DNA of 59,749 nt, counting the filler, from Nemertoderma westbladi (lineage: Eukaryota > Animalia > Xenacoelomorpha): NCBI GenBank assembly GCA_032718475.1. It is 3 parts of 3 records of this genome, joined end to end, with 100 filler letters (N's around TTAATTAATTAA, not from the genome) between each part and the next. Parts side by side here need not be neighbours in the genome. Positions count along the whole stretch, not along the records: positions 1 to 23,505 come from JAUCBJ010004966.1; 2 more parts are not named here. One strand, given 5' to 3'. Position 1 is the first letter of the stretch, and every line of letters begins with the position of its first letter. A program made the translations under genes and the position numbers. Shown piece after piece: positions 1-10,133 of this stretch. The notes under the pieces were generated by a model that was not told the DNA's origin, ran no database searches, and was given only the letters and a program-made list of their open reading frames with translations.

Positions 1-189
1 TACTGTATCGGTGTTTTTAGAGGATCTAAGACTTATTTCCTCCGTATGTGTATTGTGAAAGGTATATTTTATGATTCTATGGCAATTTGTGACGCAAAGG
101 AGTGATAGCTACTCTTGAACAGTAGTTACTATGACTACGGTTAACAGCTGACATTCATACGTGTTGATTTCCTTTGTTCTACGGCGTCT

Positions 190-1161
190 CTCAGCTCAGT
201 CAGCCAATGAGAGCGTTTTTGTGGCTCCTTGTACAGAGAATTTCCGAGAAATGACGAAATGCCTATGTGCAGTGTTTTCATTCAGTCTTGAGCCAAAGAA
301 AGAACGGCTTATAAATATTTTGTGCTGTACTGCTTTTTAGTCGTACACTGGTAGGTTTAATTATAAAGGGCATATATCCTTTAACTGCTAAATATCACTC
401 TGTAAATATCTCACTGCTGACTGCTGACGGATGATACATCCTGACTGCTGAAACATTGCAAACTCGTAACAATCAGTGTTCAGTTGTTGTTTTATACTGC
501 TATTTACTGTCACTTCTTCATAATATGGTTGATGAATTATTATATTTGGAATAACGATAAACAACCCCGAAACCCAATGTTCTTGATATACCGAAGGTAA
601 GAGAGAAGGGTTACCGATAACGATTGTGACTTATGTTAAAGTGGTTTGAAGTGAATCTAATGTTATTTGATAGACCCTACATGAGTCAGCCTGTGTTCCT
701 TTTATATGTGACTAAAATCAGTGAAGATTGGCAGATTAGTGTGCAGTATTGTGCAGCATAGTGTATGAGTGAGTCTGTTAAAGAAGCAATTCCTAAAGAA
801 TGCGCCATATATGTGGATTATAATTAAGCCATATCGTTGCGAGTAGTTTAAGTCATAACTCTGTTTAGGTAGATAAAGCGCCACGTCCTAAAGGAACTGT
901 TAATATTACCGAAGGTGAATAATATTGTCAGAGATTATATAATACTGTCAGTCGAATAATACATTAGGCTTACATAGCAATACAAATTAAACCGTCGAAC
1001 CCAATCTCCCGGGAATATCCAGCGGGTGAATGGTCGCGCACGGATTGGTTTCGGCTAGTGTAGTGAATCAAATACTTGTCATAGACTAAAAAGCAGATTT
1101 ATTATCTAGAAGACATTCTAATTTGGCGGGTTAAACTGCCAAAGGTCTGAAAGCGCGAACA
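190..1161 (+). mobile_element. LTR-like repeat, copy A (subfamily 1); 5' boundary unresolved
   Basis: 540-1161 is homologous to 4397-5022 and near-identical to the reverse complement of 22889-23505. It ends ...GGTTAAACTGCCAAAGGTCTGAAAGCGCGAACA. The CCAAT context TCAGCCAATGAGAGCG (~199) matches TCAGCCAATCAGAGCG (~4055). Confidence 0.7.
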
Positions 1162-1649
1162 AACCACGCTAGAATTAGAAGCGAGTTAAAAGAACAAAAT
1201 AAAGCTTGCCCCATTGAATAGCATGCGGAATAAATAGCACCCTGCTAGTATCCAGGGATACATAATAATAACGTGGCATTCTGGAAGGCACTTGACTAAC
1301 GGACAAATGGCCCGAATGTGTACAATTTGTGACAGGAGTGTGGAATTTGTGTATTTATAGGCGAATGTTACTACTAAAGTGTGTTTACAGTAGCGAGTCG
1401 CAGTTGTGAAAGTTACCCTGCCTCTGTAGCAAGAACCTCCAGTAATTCTAAGCCCTTGGGATGGACAGTGGAGTGACTCGCGCTGGTTATTGTTGTTGTT
1501 GTGTAGCTACTACGTTTGCGAGAGGCACAGCGACGACAGTACATCAGCGCTGAGGATCTTGCGCTGTCCGGGGGCATTGAGGGGGAGGCAGCGACGACCG
1601 CTGGCCTAAATATCATTAATTATAATATCGATAAACTCATATAGCAGCT

Positions 1650-3808
1650 TTGACTGAGTTAATAGAAGATGATCTTGGTATCAGGGAGCGATATACCCTA
1701 CCATTGCAAGCGTTTGTTGATAGTTTAATAAGCAGCGACGCTAGTCAACCTACTACGGAGGACGATGGCCATTATATCGAACCGCCAATGTCAAAAGAAC
1801 AGCTCACGCGTGAATTGGACTATAGAAAATTCACCGCTCGCTATACGCATCGTAATGGTACGTATATGGACTTCTTAACTACTGGTCATCCTATCGATTT
1901 ACACGACACAGACGATGTAGACACCGAAAGGGAAATGATCCTGTTTAAATATCATACCCAGCGGAGTCGGAATGATAAACTGAGAATCAAACACGAAAAT
2001 TATATTCGAAACCGACTCGAAAGAGAAGACGTTGAAGAGCCGGATAAACACAGTGACTTCAACGAATATTTGGAATTCCTGGGAGAAACATATCTCAATG
2101 TAGCCAGTCAACAAAATCTAGAAACTCGATATCCTCATGGTAAACATCATAACCCTATGATAGAACTCAAACGACTCTATTTCACTATGATGTATCTTAC
2201 CGCCAATCGACCGCTACCTGTTGTACCGGATAGCTTCGAACAGATGGAGGAATATTGTAAAACTGGAGAAAGATCACCCGCGTTTCCCCTACAAGACATG
2301 CGTCTTTGGTATTATTGCGATGAATGCCCTAGACCCAACCAACAAACGGAAAGACATAAACATCCGAGGAGACATTGCGCTAAACACAGTTTTACTCGCT
2401 ATACTTACGGGAGTTTTGAGCGTAATTTATTCAATGTATCACCTACGCTCGCTCGACTCAAACGATCCTTAAATAAACCGATGATCAGAGTTCCAGAATA
2501 CTCAGTCGGACCTCCTCATTCCCTGGTGAGACCTCAGACTCTTGATCCTAATAGTATGACGGATCCTCCTGAACTGTACTCATTGTTCAAAGATCTAGTG
2601 TTACCCAAACAATTTGTCGGTGGCACTCCGGTTGTGGGCTCCCTAGATATTCGCCCATCCTACCTAGCCGGATTAGGACGCGGACACCTAATATCGCCGT
2701 TCAACCCGTATAATCATCCCGGTTTAACTCTGATACAACCCGTCACCGAGGTGGAAGAAAGCGTTGTACGAAATGCGTGAGACGCTATTCGACAAAAGAT
2801 CGGAAAAGGAACCTACGATTGTTTAGATAAACGTAAATTGCAGCAGCAAGTCCAAGCGGTAAAAGAATTAGCTTTACCCCAGTTCGATCGGGAAATCCAG
2901 AATCTCGAAGAAGATATCGAACTTGGACAAACCTACTCTCTACAAGAGTTTTTAGACGAACGCTTCCAACGGCAAGTGGAGGAAAATCAGCTCGAGGAGA
3001 AACATATCGAAATGGACAAGAGAGAAGAAGCAGCTTTAGCCCAACCAGAAGCTCAAATCCTTATGACTGATCTCTATTCCAAAACCATCATTCATCCTTC
3101 GATGGTTCCCCATTTCGGAGACAAACTCTTCGACACGGTACAACCCCAACCGGTTGATATCGACTTAAGATCTAGAGATCTTATCGCTGACGCTCCTATG
3201 TTACAACGTCTGCCAATCGAGGCCGCTCATGTCGACGGTATGGTACACGAGGTCAACCTACGCGCTAGACCTTTACCAAACTCATTTTATGGGATCAAAG
3301 ACCATCCTTATTATGTCAATTTAATTCAATATTATATGGTGAAACCGGAAGATCCTACGCACAGTTTAAAGTTTCTACCATTGATAAATCCCACGGTGAC
3401 TTGTTCATAAACTCGCATCCAGAACTACATGAAGTTCATAGACGACCATATGAATATAGAGCCAGAGAACGCGAGTTGGAAAGAACCATCAAACCGAGGA
3501 AATTTCTCACTACTCACGGTCAACCTACCGCTCTCGTGCAAACGACTCGTCAGGGACCAGTAAGAGCTGCTGTCCTGAAACGCGCTCTAAAGGTTGTTCG
3601 ACCTCGTTCCACTGAGGTTGATATCGATCAACCGGGTACCTCGACCGGCGGATACACCGACCGTAACCCTAAACCTTCCGATGCAATTGTATTGCACCCC
3701 TCACCCAGGAGTTATAGCCCTCCTAGTAAAGTGGCTCGCCCCAAAGAGAAAAGGACTCTTACTAGCCTTAAAAAACTTCGTAAACGCCGTTCACGAAAGA
3801 AGGACTAA
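1650..3808 (+). pseudogene. Disrupted ~720-aa ORF of unknown function carried by an LTR element (copy 1)
   Basis: ORFs 1650-2780 and 2838-3410 share a frame and are separated only by a TGA at 2778-2780. 3401-3808 follows after a 1-nt frameshift. It is homologous to the minus-strand ORF pieces at 14834-13016 and contains WYYCDEC...HPRRHCAKH. Confidence 0.75.
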
Positions 3809-3886
3809 TAGTTTAGAGTATTTTTGTATTTTAGAAACTGTGATTTTTTATATTTTATAGACTTAAATCCCATTTTCTGGGAGCGG

Positions 3887-5022
3887 TGTAAAAGCTTTTG
3901 CGGACATAACAAGTAATTTTTCCGCAATGCGCAGAATACTCTAAAATAGCCCTAAATTTATCCAACTACGCGACGGGAAGGGATTGGAGCTGGTGTGACG
4001 AAATCTATCAGCTGATTCTTTGTGGACGTGGAATTTTTCTTTGTTCTGCCTCATTCAGCCAATCAGAGCGATTTTCCCTTTATGTCTAACAGAGGCCTAC
4101 GGAAACTCGCGCAATGCATTACGGTCTTTGTTTACCTTTTTCTGAGCCTCAGAACCAGCTCGGAATTCTCTGTGCTTTGTGTGGAAGTTTCAGACTTTAG
4201 CATAGGGATATCAGATGGCTTTGATTATAAGAACATAAATCTATTACCTTACCCACCTACCCACCTACCTAACTACCAACCACCGATACTTCCCAAACCA
4301 AAACTGACCAACTCAATGCATTACGTAACACATACTGACTGTTCACCGCATTACTTTACTTCTGTTATTAATTGTTGTTATATTAATGGATATTGCTGTT
4401 ATATTTGGAGAATACCGATAAATAATCATAAAACCCCCAATCTTCTTGATTACTGAAGGTAAGAGGAACAGGTTTACCGGTAGCAACTGCGACTTACATA
4501 ATATTGGTTTTGTGTGAATTAAATGCTATTTCATAATCCCTACGTGTGTCAGTTGTGATCCTCCTTATATATGATAAAATTCAGTGACGGTCGGCAGATT
4601 AGTGTGAAGTAGTGTGAAGTCGTGTGAAGTAGTGTGAAGGTAATAAAGCATCTCCTAAAGAATGCGCTATTTACGAAACTCTGTGGCCATCTAGTTGTGA
4701 TTAGTATAAGTCATAACTCTGTTTTTATACTTAAAGCGCCATGCCCTAAAGGAACTGTTAATATTTCCCCGAAAGTAAATATATTTGTCAGAGATTATAT
4801 AGTAACGATCAATCGAATAATACAGTAGGTCTACACTGCAATAACTTCAAGGCATCCGAATCCAGTCTCCCAAAACCGTGGGTGATAGGTCGCGCACGGA
4901 CTGGCTTCGGCTGATGTAACTTTAATACATTAAAGTAATTGTTAAATGCTAAAGTCGATTTATAAATAAGAGGACAACTAAAATTGGCAGGTTAAACTGC
5001 TAAAGGTTTAAAAGCGCGAACA
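3887..5022 (+). mobile_element. Full-length LTR, copy B (subfamily 2), probable 3' LTR
   Basis: Starts TGTAAAAGCTTTTGCGGACAT and ends GCGCGAACA, with both termini shared with 20220-19016. It is preceded by purine-rich GGGAGCGG (weak PPT-like) and has no TSD, consistent with a 3' LTR. Confidence 0.75.
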
Positions 5023-5369
5023 ATTGCATGTAGCTCGTTATAGTTTGTTCGCATAAGTTTGACGTATGTGTGTAGTGTACAGTAGATGAATTAAAATGAT
5101 GTCGGGGATAGCCCCAAGAGACAGTGTCTCGTTTCCATGGGGGTCCCCTTGAGTACGTAAGTTTAAAATACAAATATAAAAACGAATAGTAAATCAAAAA
5201 TAATAAATAAAAAAGAGGGGTTTAGCAGCTCAGGGGCGCCAGATGGTAGTAGCGGCTCGGGGCTGTCGGGGGGGCGGAGCGGTTCAGGTGTGTTGAAGTG
5301 CTCCGGATCAGTGGCATCGAAAGGGTGTGAGTCTAGGGATCGTAGTGGTGGGTGGGGATGCGAGTCGGG

Positions 5370-5450
5370 TTGTTGCTTTAAGGCTAGATCGAGGTCATTC
5401 ATGTAAATGATGAACAGTAACACAGCCAGTAGCGCACCCTGTGGGTAAAT
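5370..5450 (-). mobile_element. CR1/L2-type LINE reverse transcriptase fragment
   Basis: PQGALLAVLLFIIYMNDL resembles the non-LTR RT motif PQGSxLGPxLFxxYxNDL. Confidence 0.6.
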
Positions 5451-5994
5451 GAGGTGAGGTGCGGTGAGGTAAATTTTTGCGTAAGTGACCAATGAATGAA
5501 TCGAATTAGAGCCTTTATAAACGCAATAATTTTTATTGTCCATTTTTATCCTTTTTTTGTCAATTTTTTTTGATTTTTTATGTCATCCAAAAGTCTAATG
5601 TTAGGTTCCATGCTACCGGTTTCTCTACTGCTGTTCTCTCAGGCTATCAGTACCGGTTAGTATATATATAGCACTATTTTGCTGTATTGTATGTACAGAT
5701 GTAGGTATAAAGCAGGTATTTCTGTATTTTAGTACCGGTACCGGCACTGGTACTGCTATAGGCCTACTGTGTAGCCTACCATTTAAATACGGTAATGGTA
5801 GGCCTACCGGTTGTGCTAATAAATTTTAAATAATTGATAGGCGAAACTGGATTGCAGGATTGTGGAAAATGTGGATATACCTTTCACATAATTTAGGCCT
5901 TACTGTATTAGTTTTATAATCAATAATGGATCATGACTACTGTCTGAGTAGTGTTACGGATAGCGGCTCCACTACTTCCAACAGCACAGAAGGC

Positions 5995-6210
5995 CCGCCT
6001 CTGTAACCTGCCCCTTTCCCTCAATTAGTTAAATGATCGTTTATTGTTTTGGTTAGAAAATCCCGTCTCTGTAACCTGCTCCTTTCCCTCAATTAGTTAA
6101 ATGATCGTTTATTGTTTTGGTTAGAAAATCCCGTCTCTGTAACCTGCTCCTTTCCCTGATTTGGTAAAGTGACTGTTTATTGTTTTGGTTAGAAAATCCC
6201 GCCTCTGTAA
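5995..6210. repeat. ~68-bp tandem repeat, about 3 copies
   Basis: CTGTAACCTGC...TTTATTGTTTTGGTTAGAAAATCCCG is repeated; a related segment occurs near 58750-58800. Confidence 0.8.
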
Positions 6211-6299
6211 GAGGACGGAGGTTCCAAAGCTGGTGTTCTTGGCTGTGGACAAAATCACATACTGACTCAACTCCACGAGTTTCCGTATACAATCTCCAA

Positions 6300-6581
6300 C
6301 ACAGAGGCAAAAAACGCTCTGATTGGTCGACCGAACAAAGAAGGAACAGAGAACAAAGAAAAACACGTGTACAGCATCAGCAGCTACACTGTTTCAAGAG
6401 GATCTGGCGTATTGCGTCATAGAATTGCTAATTATGTCCGCTAAAGTACACATACAGAAGAAATGGCTTTTATGTCCTCTAAAACACCAGTACAGTAAGG
6501 ACACGGCCTTTTATGCCTGTTAAACCAACTACAGAGTACTTTACGGGAAAATAACCGGCTAATTCCGCAAAAGCCTTTACA
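6300..6581 (-). mobile_element. Inverted 5' portion of an LTR of the same family
   Basis: The reverse complement starts TGTAAAGGCTTTTGCGGA at 6581 and contains the CCAATCAGAGCG box near 6320. Confidence 0.55.
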
Positions 6582-6783
6582 CCTACACCGCAATAACTTC
6601 CTCTGGAACCCGAATCCAGTCTCCCACACCGTGGATCATACGACGCGCACGGACTGGCTTCAGCGGATGTAAATTCAGTACACCAGGTAATTGGTACGGG
6701 CTAAAGTCGATTCATAATTAAAAAGACATTAAACAGACATTAAATTGGCAGGTTAAACTGCTAAAGGTCTAAAAGCGCGAACA
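6582..6783 (+). mobile_element. 3' portion of LTR, copy C
   Basis: Matches ~4830-5022 and ends GGTCTAAAAGCGCGAACA. Confidence 0.75.
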
Positions 6784-7341
6784 CTGATCGAGTTGTGAAT
6801 ATAGAAGGAGAGAGCCCCTTTGATGTCAGTTTGTAAGTATAGAGAGCGACTAGCTTATTCCAGAAGCTAGCGCCCGATATTATTTTGTTAAAAGTCACCA
6901 AAACCTAGTATAAAAAATCGTGAAAACACAATACGCTTTGCCATAGCACACACACACGCGTCTTAAGATTGCTGTTCTACTACTGATATTATTATTTTGA
7001 CTTCTTTTTCTGTCGGCAGTATCTTTTACGCTAGTGTTCGGTCAACCCACTGGCCCGTTATTATACCCATATAAATCACACCGCGGCAAGTCTACAGTAG
7101 ATTTATGTCCATTAGCGGTAGTTAGGATTCGCTGCGCGGGATTGTTTCTCGTGAGTTTGTTCTGTTTTCTGTAGACTGTACTTCTGCCTCACCGGTTAGG
7201 AACCGGTCACCCTGATTGTCAAGTTAGCCCGGGCAATTGATTCGCCCAAGTTTGGTGGAAGACATCAGGCCCGTTCTCGCCAGCAGCAGTTTGTCTACTT
7301 TTAGTAGCTATTATTAGGCTCGACTGCGTTGGCACTTTACA

Positions 7342-7802
7342 TTTTGCATTAACAATTTTGAAATTTGATGAAATTTTACATATCTTTTTTCATATTTAAA
7401 TTTGCGGGAAGCCGCAGCACTACATTACACTGCTGTATTGAGGACTGCAGTTACTGCTGTATTGTACTGCTGTGCAGTCGTTAGCGATATAGCTCACCTC
7501 TACCGGTAGGCGGTATCCCAACTGACAACTACAGAACTACGGCTGTACGGTTCTCGTAGCAGTTCGGTCCCAGACATGGACTAAAAACATCTTAAAACAT
7601 TCTGTAGTTGTCAGTTGGGATACCGTCTACCGGTGCGGTAGAGGTGAGCTATAACGTTAACGACTAATGCCAGCACAGCTGTACAATACATCAGTTACTG
7701 CAGTCCCCAATACAGCAGTTGTGCTGAGCGGTTTCCCGCAAATTTAAATATGAAAATAGATATGTAAAAATTCTTCAAATTTCAAAATTGTTAATGTAAA
7801 AA
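7342..7802. mobile_element. Foldback/MITE-like long inverted repeat (~195-bp arms)
   Basis: 7342-7537 is the imperfect reverse complement of ~7600-7802 (e.g. TATCCCAACTGACAACTACAGAA / TTCTGTAGTTGTCAGTTGGGATA). Confidence 0.8.
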
Positions 7803-8399
7803 TTAATAATTTTCACCCCTCTTATTTCAATTTTCGATTCAGATTGGGTTCAGATTTGCTATAATTCTCGAGATTGGGTCCAGATTGGTTCAGATAATAT
7901 GATTTAAGTACTATCCGATTTCCTGACTTCTGGAGCCAGGAGATGAAGTTACCATCACCCCATTTGCGTATGTGTTTCGCCGGGATTTTGATATTTTAAA
8001 CTATTCTTTATTGCATACAAACCAACTGGTTCTCGCACCCTACAGTGATATTTTTGTTTTAATTATTATTCTACTGTATGATATATGATGCAGTATATCA
8101 TGGATGATTCTAAATTAGGAAAACACTAGTAAAACATTAAAACACTAGGAAAACATAGGAAAGGTACTGTAAAACACCCGAAAAACAGAGAAAATATTGA
8201 TCAGCAGAAAATTTAACACAAGTACTTCTCTGAATTGACAATCATAAATGTACTCCTTAAGTAATCACCGTAAAACATAGGGAATACACTATAAAAACAC
8301 TATAAACCTTCCGGAAAACAGTGAAAAAATTAATCAGCATTAAATTTTACCTATATGCAGCAAAAAAATAAATTTTAGGTGTCTAATACTGCCCAGAAA

Positions 8400-9250
8400 T
8401 CTTGTTGCCAGGCAACCAAAGTACAGTAACCAATCAGCATACAGTGCAGTATCAGTAATATCCTTGTTTCGCCCTCGCGTCATCAGATGATAGTGGCAAT
8501 GGTGGAATTGGTCTATTGATGAATCCAACTGCACATGCAGCATTGGACAAAATAGACCAAATCTCTAACCGCATCATCCGTTGCCACTTCTCATGTTCTG
8601 GAAGACTGGCTAGGAAGTTTCCTAAGGTGGTTCTGATTGTGTGCTACTCTCCAACTAGTGTTGCCCCTGTAGAGGAGGTGGAAAATTTCTACCACAATCT
8701 ACAAGCAGCTACTGATGGAGTGGATCAGCATGCATTCTTAACATTCCTGGGAGACTTTAATGCAAGTCTGTATCAATCACCTACATCGCCCTGGGTCTAT
8801 AGCAATAGTGTTAACCTAAATTCTGTCCATCTTCAGGATTTTATCTCTGGAAATGGATTGTTTTCGGCTGGAACCCAGTTCAAGAAGCGAACTGGAAAGC
8901 TATGGACTCATAGTGGACCCAGTGGTCACAAGTCCCAGATAGACCATATTCTGTTTCGTAGGAAATACAGGAGCTCTATACAAAACTGTAATGCATTTAC
9001 ACTTCGACCCTTCTCCAGTGATCACCGCCTTATTGTGGCCAAGGTAAGACTTAGTCTGCGTGCTAGCAGAACAACGAAATCTGCCTTGCCGCGGCATGAC
9101 TGGTCCTCTCTGTTGCAACAGCCAAGTGTGAGATCCAGCTTAACACTACAGCTGAGCAACAGGTACGAGGTTCTTGCCTCTGAGGCGGCAGATCACTGTG
9201 AGGGCTATACTGCCTTCACAGAAGCAGTTAAGTTAGCAGCTGCAGAAACA
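8400..9250 (+). mobile_element. RTE-clade LINE fragment, apurinic-like endonuclease domain
   Basis: Motifs CYSPT, LGDFNA, QIDHIL and SDHRL are present. It is truncated at ~9250 by the tail of an oppositely oriented LINE. Confidence 0.85.
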
Positions 9251-10133
9251 GTTATTATTATTATTGCACCTCTATACATAATTAATTAATTTAAATAAGA
9301 AACCAGTATATAGAGGGAGAACATCACCCAGGTACAAAGTACACTAATGAGTGAAATAAAATATTACAATATAAATTCCGCTCCTTTAAGTGAAATCAAA
9401 TTATACGTACTGTACTATACGGAAAAAACACATACTGATAAGAATTGGTGCATTAAAATTAAAATATATATATATAAATAATAAAAAATTATGTTTTATA
9501 TTAGTCTAAAAATCTGTTAAAATGACTGTACGGAAGTAGATCAATCTGTAAAATTCTAGATTTAAAATTATTATAGCTGGACGCATTTACTAACTCAGGC
9601 GGCAATGAATTCCAAATATCTACTATGCGGTGAGAAAAAGAAAATTTCACCACTTGTAGACGGGCTTGTGGCTTAAAAATTTTCATATTATGCCCTCTTG
9701 AAGATTGACGCGTATTAAAGGTAAAAAAGTTATCAATTGGTAGGTCAACACGCCTATGTAAAATAGAGTACATCATTTTTAAATCAGTAAGTAACCTACT
9801 TACTTCTAGTGGTTGCAATTTCAACTGTAATAAGCGATTCATATAGTCTACATATCTTAAATTGCACCTAGAAAAGAGTCTACGTGTGAAGTATCGCTGT
9901 ACTCGCTCGATTAAATCTATAATGCCTACATGGAAAGGAGATGTTATAACCGTACAGTATTCTAGAATTGGCCTAACATAAGTTTTATACGCAGTGAGAA
10001 TGGCTTTTGGGTTACTTGTCTTAAAACATCTGAAAATCATATTGATAATTTTAAAAGCTTTTGCAACTTTCTCCTTACAATGAAGGTCAAAAATTAGATT
10101 GGCACATACGGTTACCCCTAAATCTTTACAAAA
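9251..10133 (-). mobile_element. 3' end of a CR1/L2-type LINE (RT C-terminus, 3' UTR, (AAT)n tail)
   Basis: AYKTYVRPILEYC, IERVQRYFTR, RGHNMKI and FSFSHRIVDIWNSLP motifs; the tail appears as TTATTATTATT at ~9252. Confidence 0.85.

Noticed and set aside
702-884. 60-aa ORF duplicated at 23164-23346
   Set aside because: Lies within LTR copies A and E and is not preserved in the other LTR copies.
3810-3886. Similarity to the reverse complement of ~24745-24803
   Set aside because: Mostly a short AT-rich match (ATTTTTGTATTTTA); insufficient for homology.
4785-4960. Group I intron R/S-like words (TCAGAGATTATA; ATAGTC) in the LTR
   Set aside because: P7 pairing is not conserved across copies, and no P1 or terminal omega-G context was found.
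190-5022. LTR A and LTR B as the paired LTRs of one element around the extra ORF
   Set aside because: A and B are clearly diverged subfamilies (A matches E, B resembles C/D/F) and no PBS follows A. An independent insertion of A is more likely.
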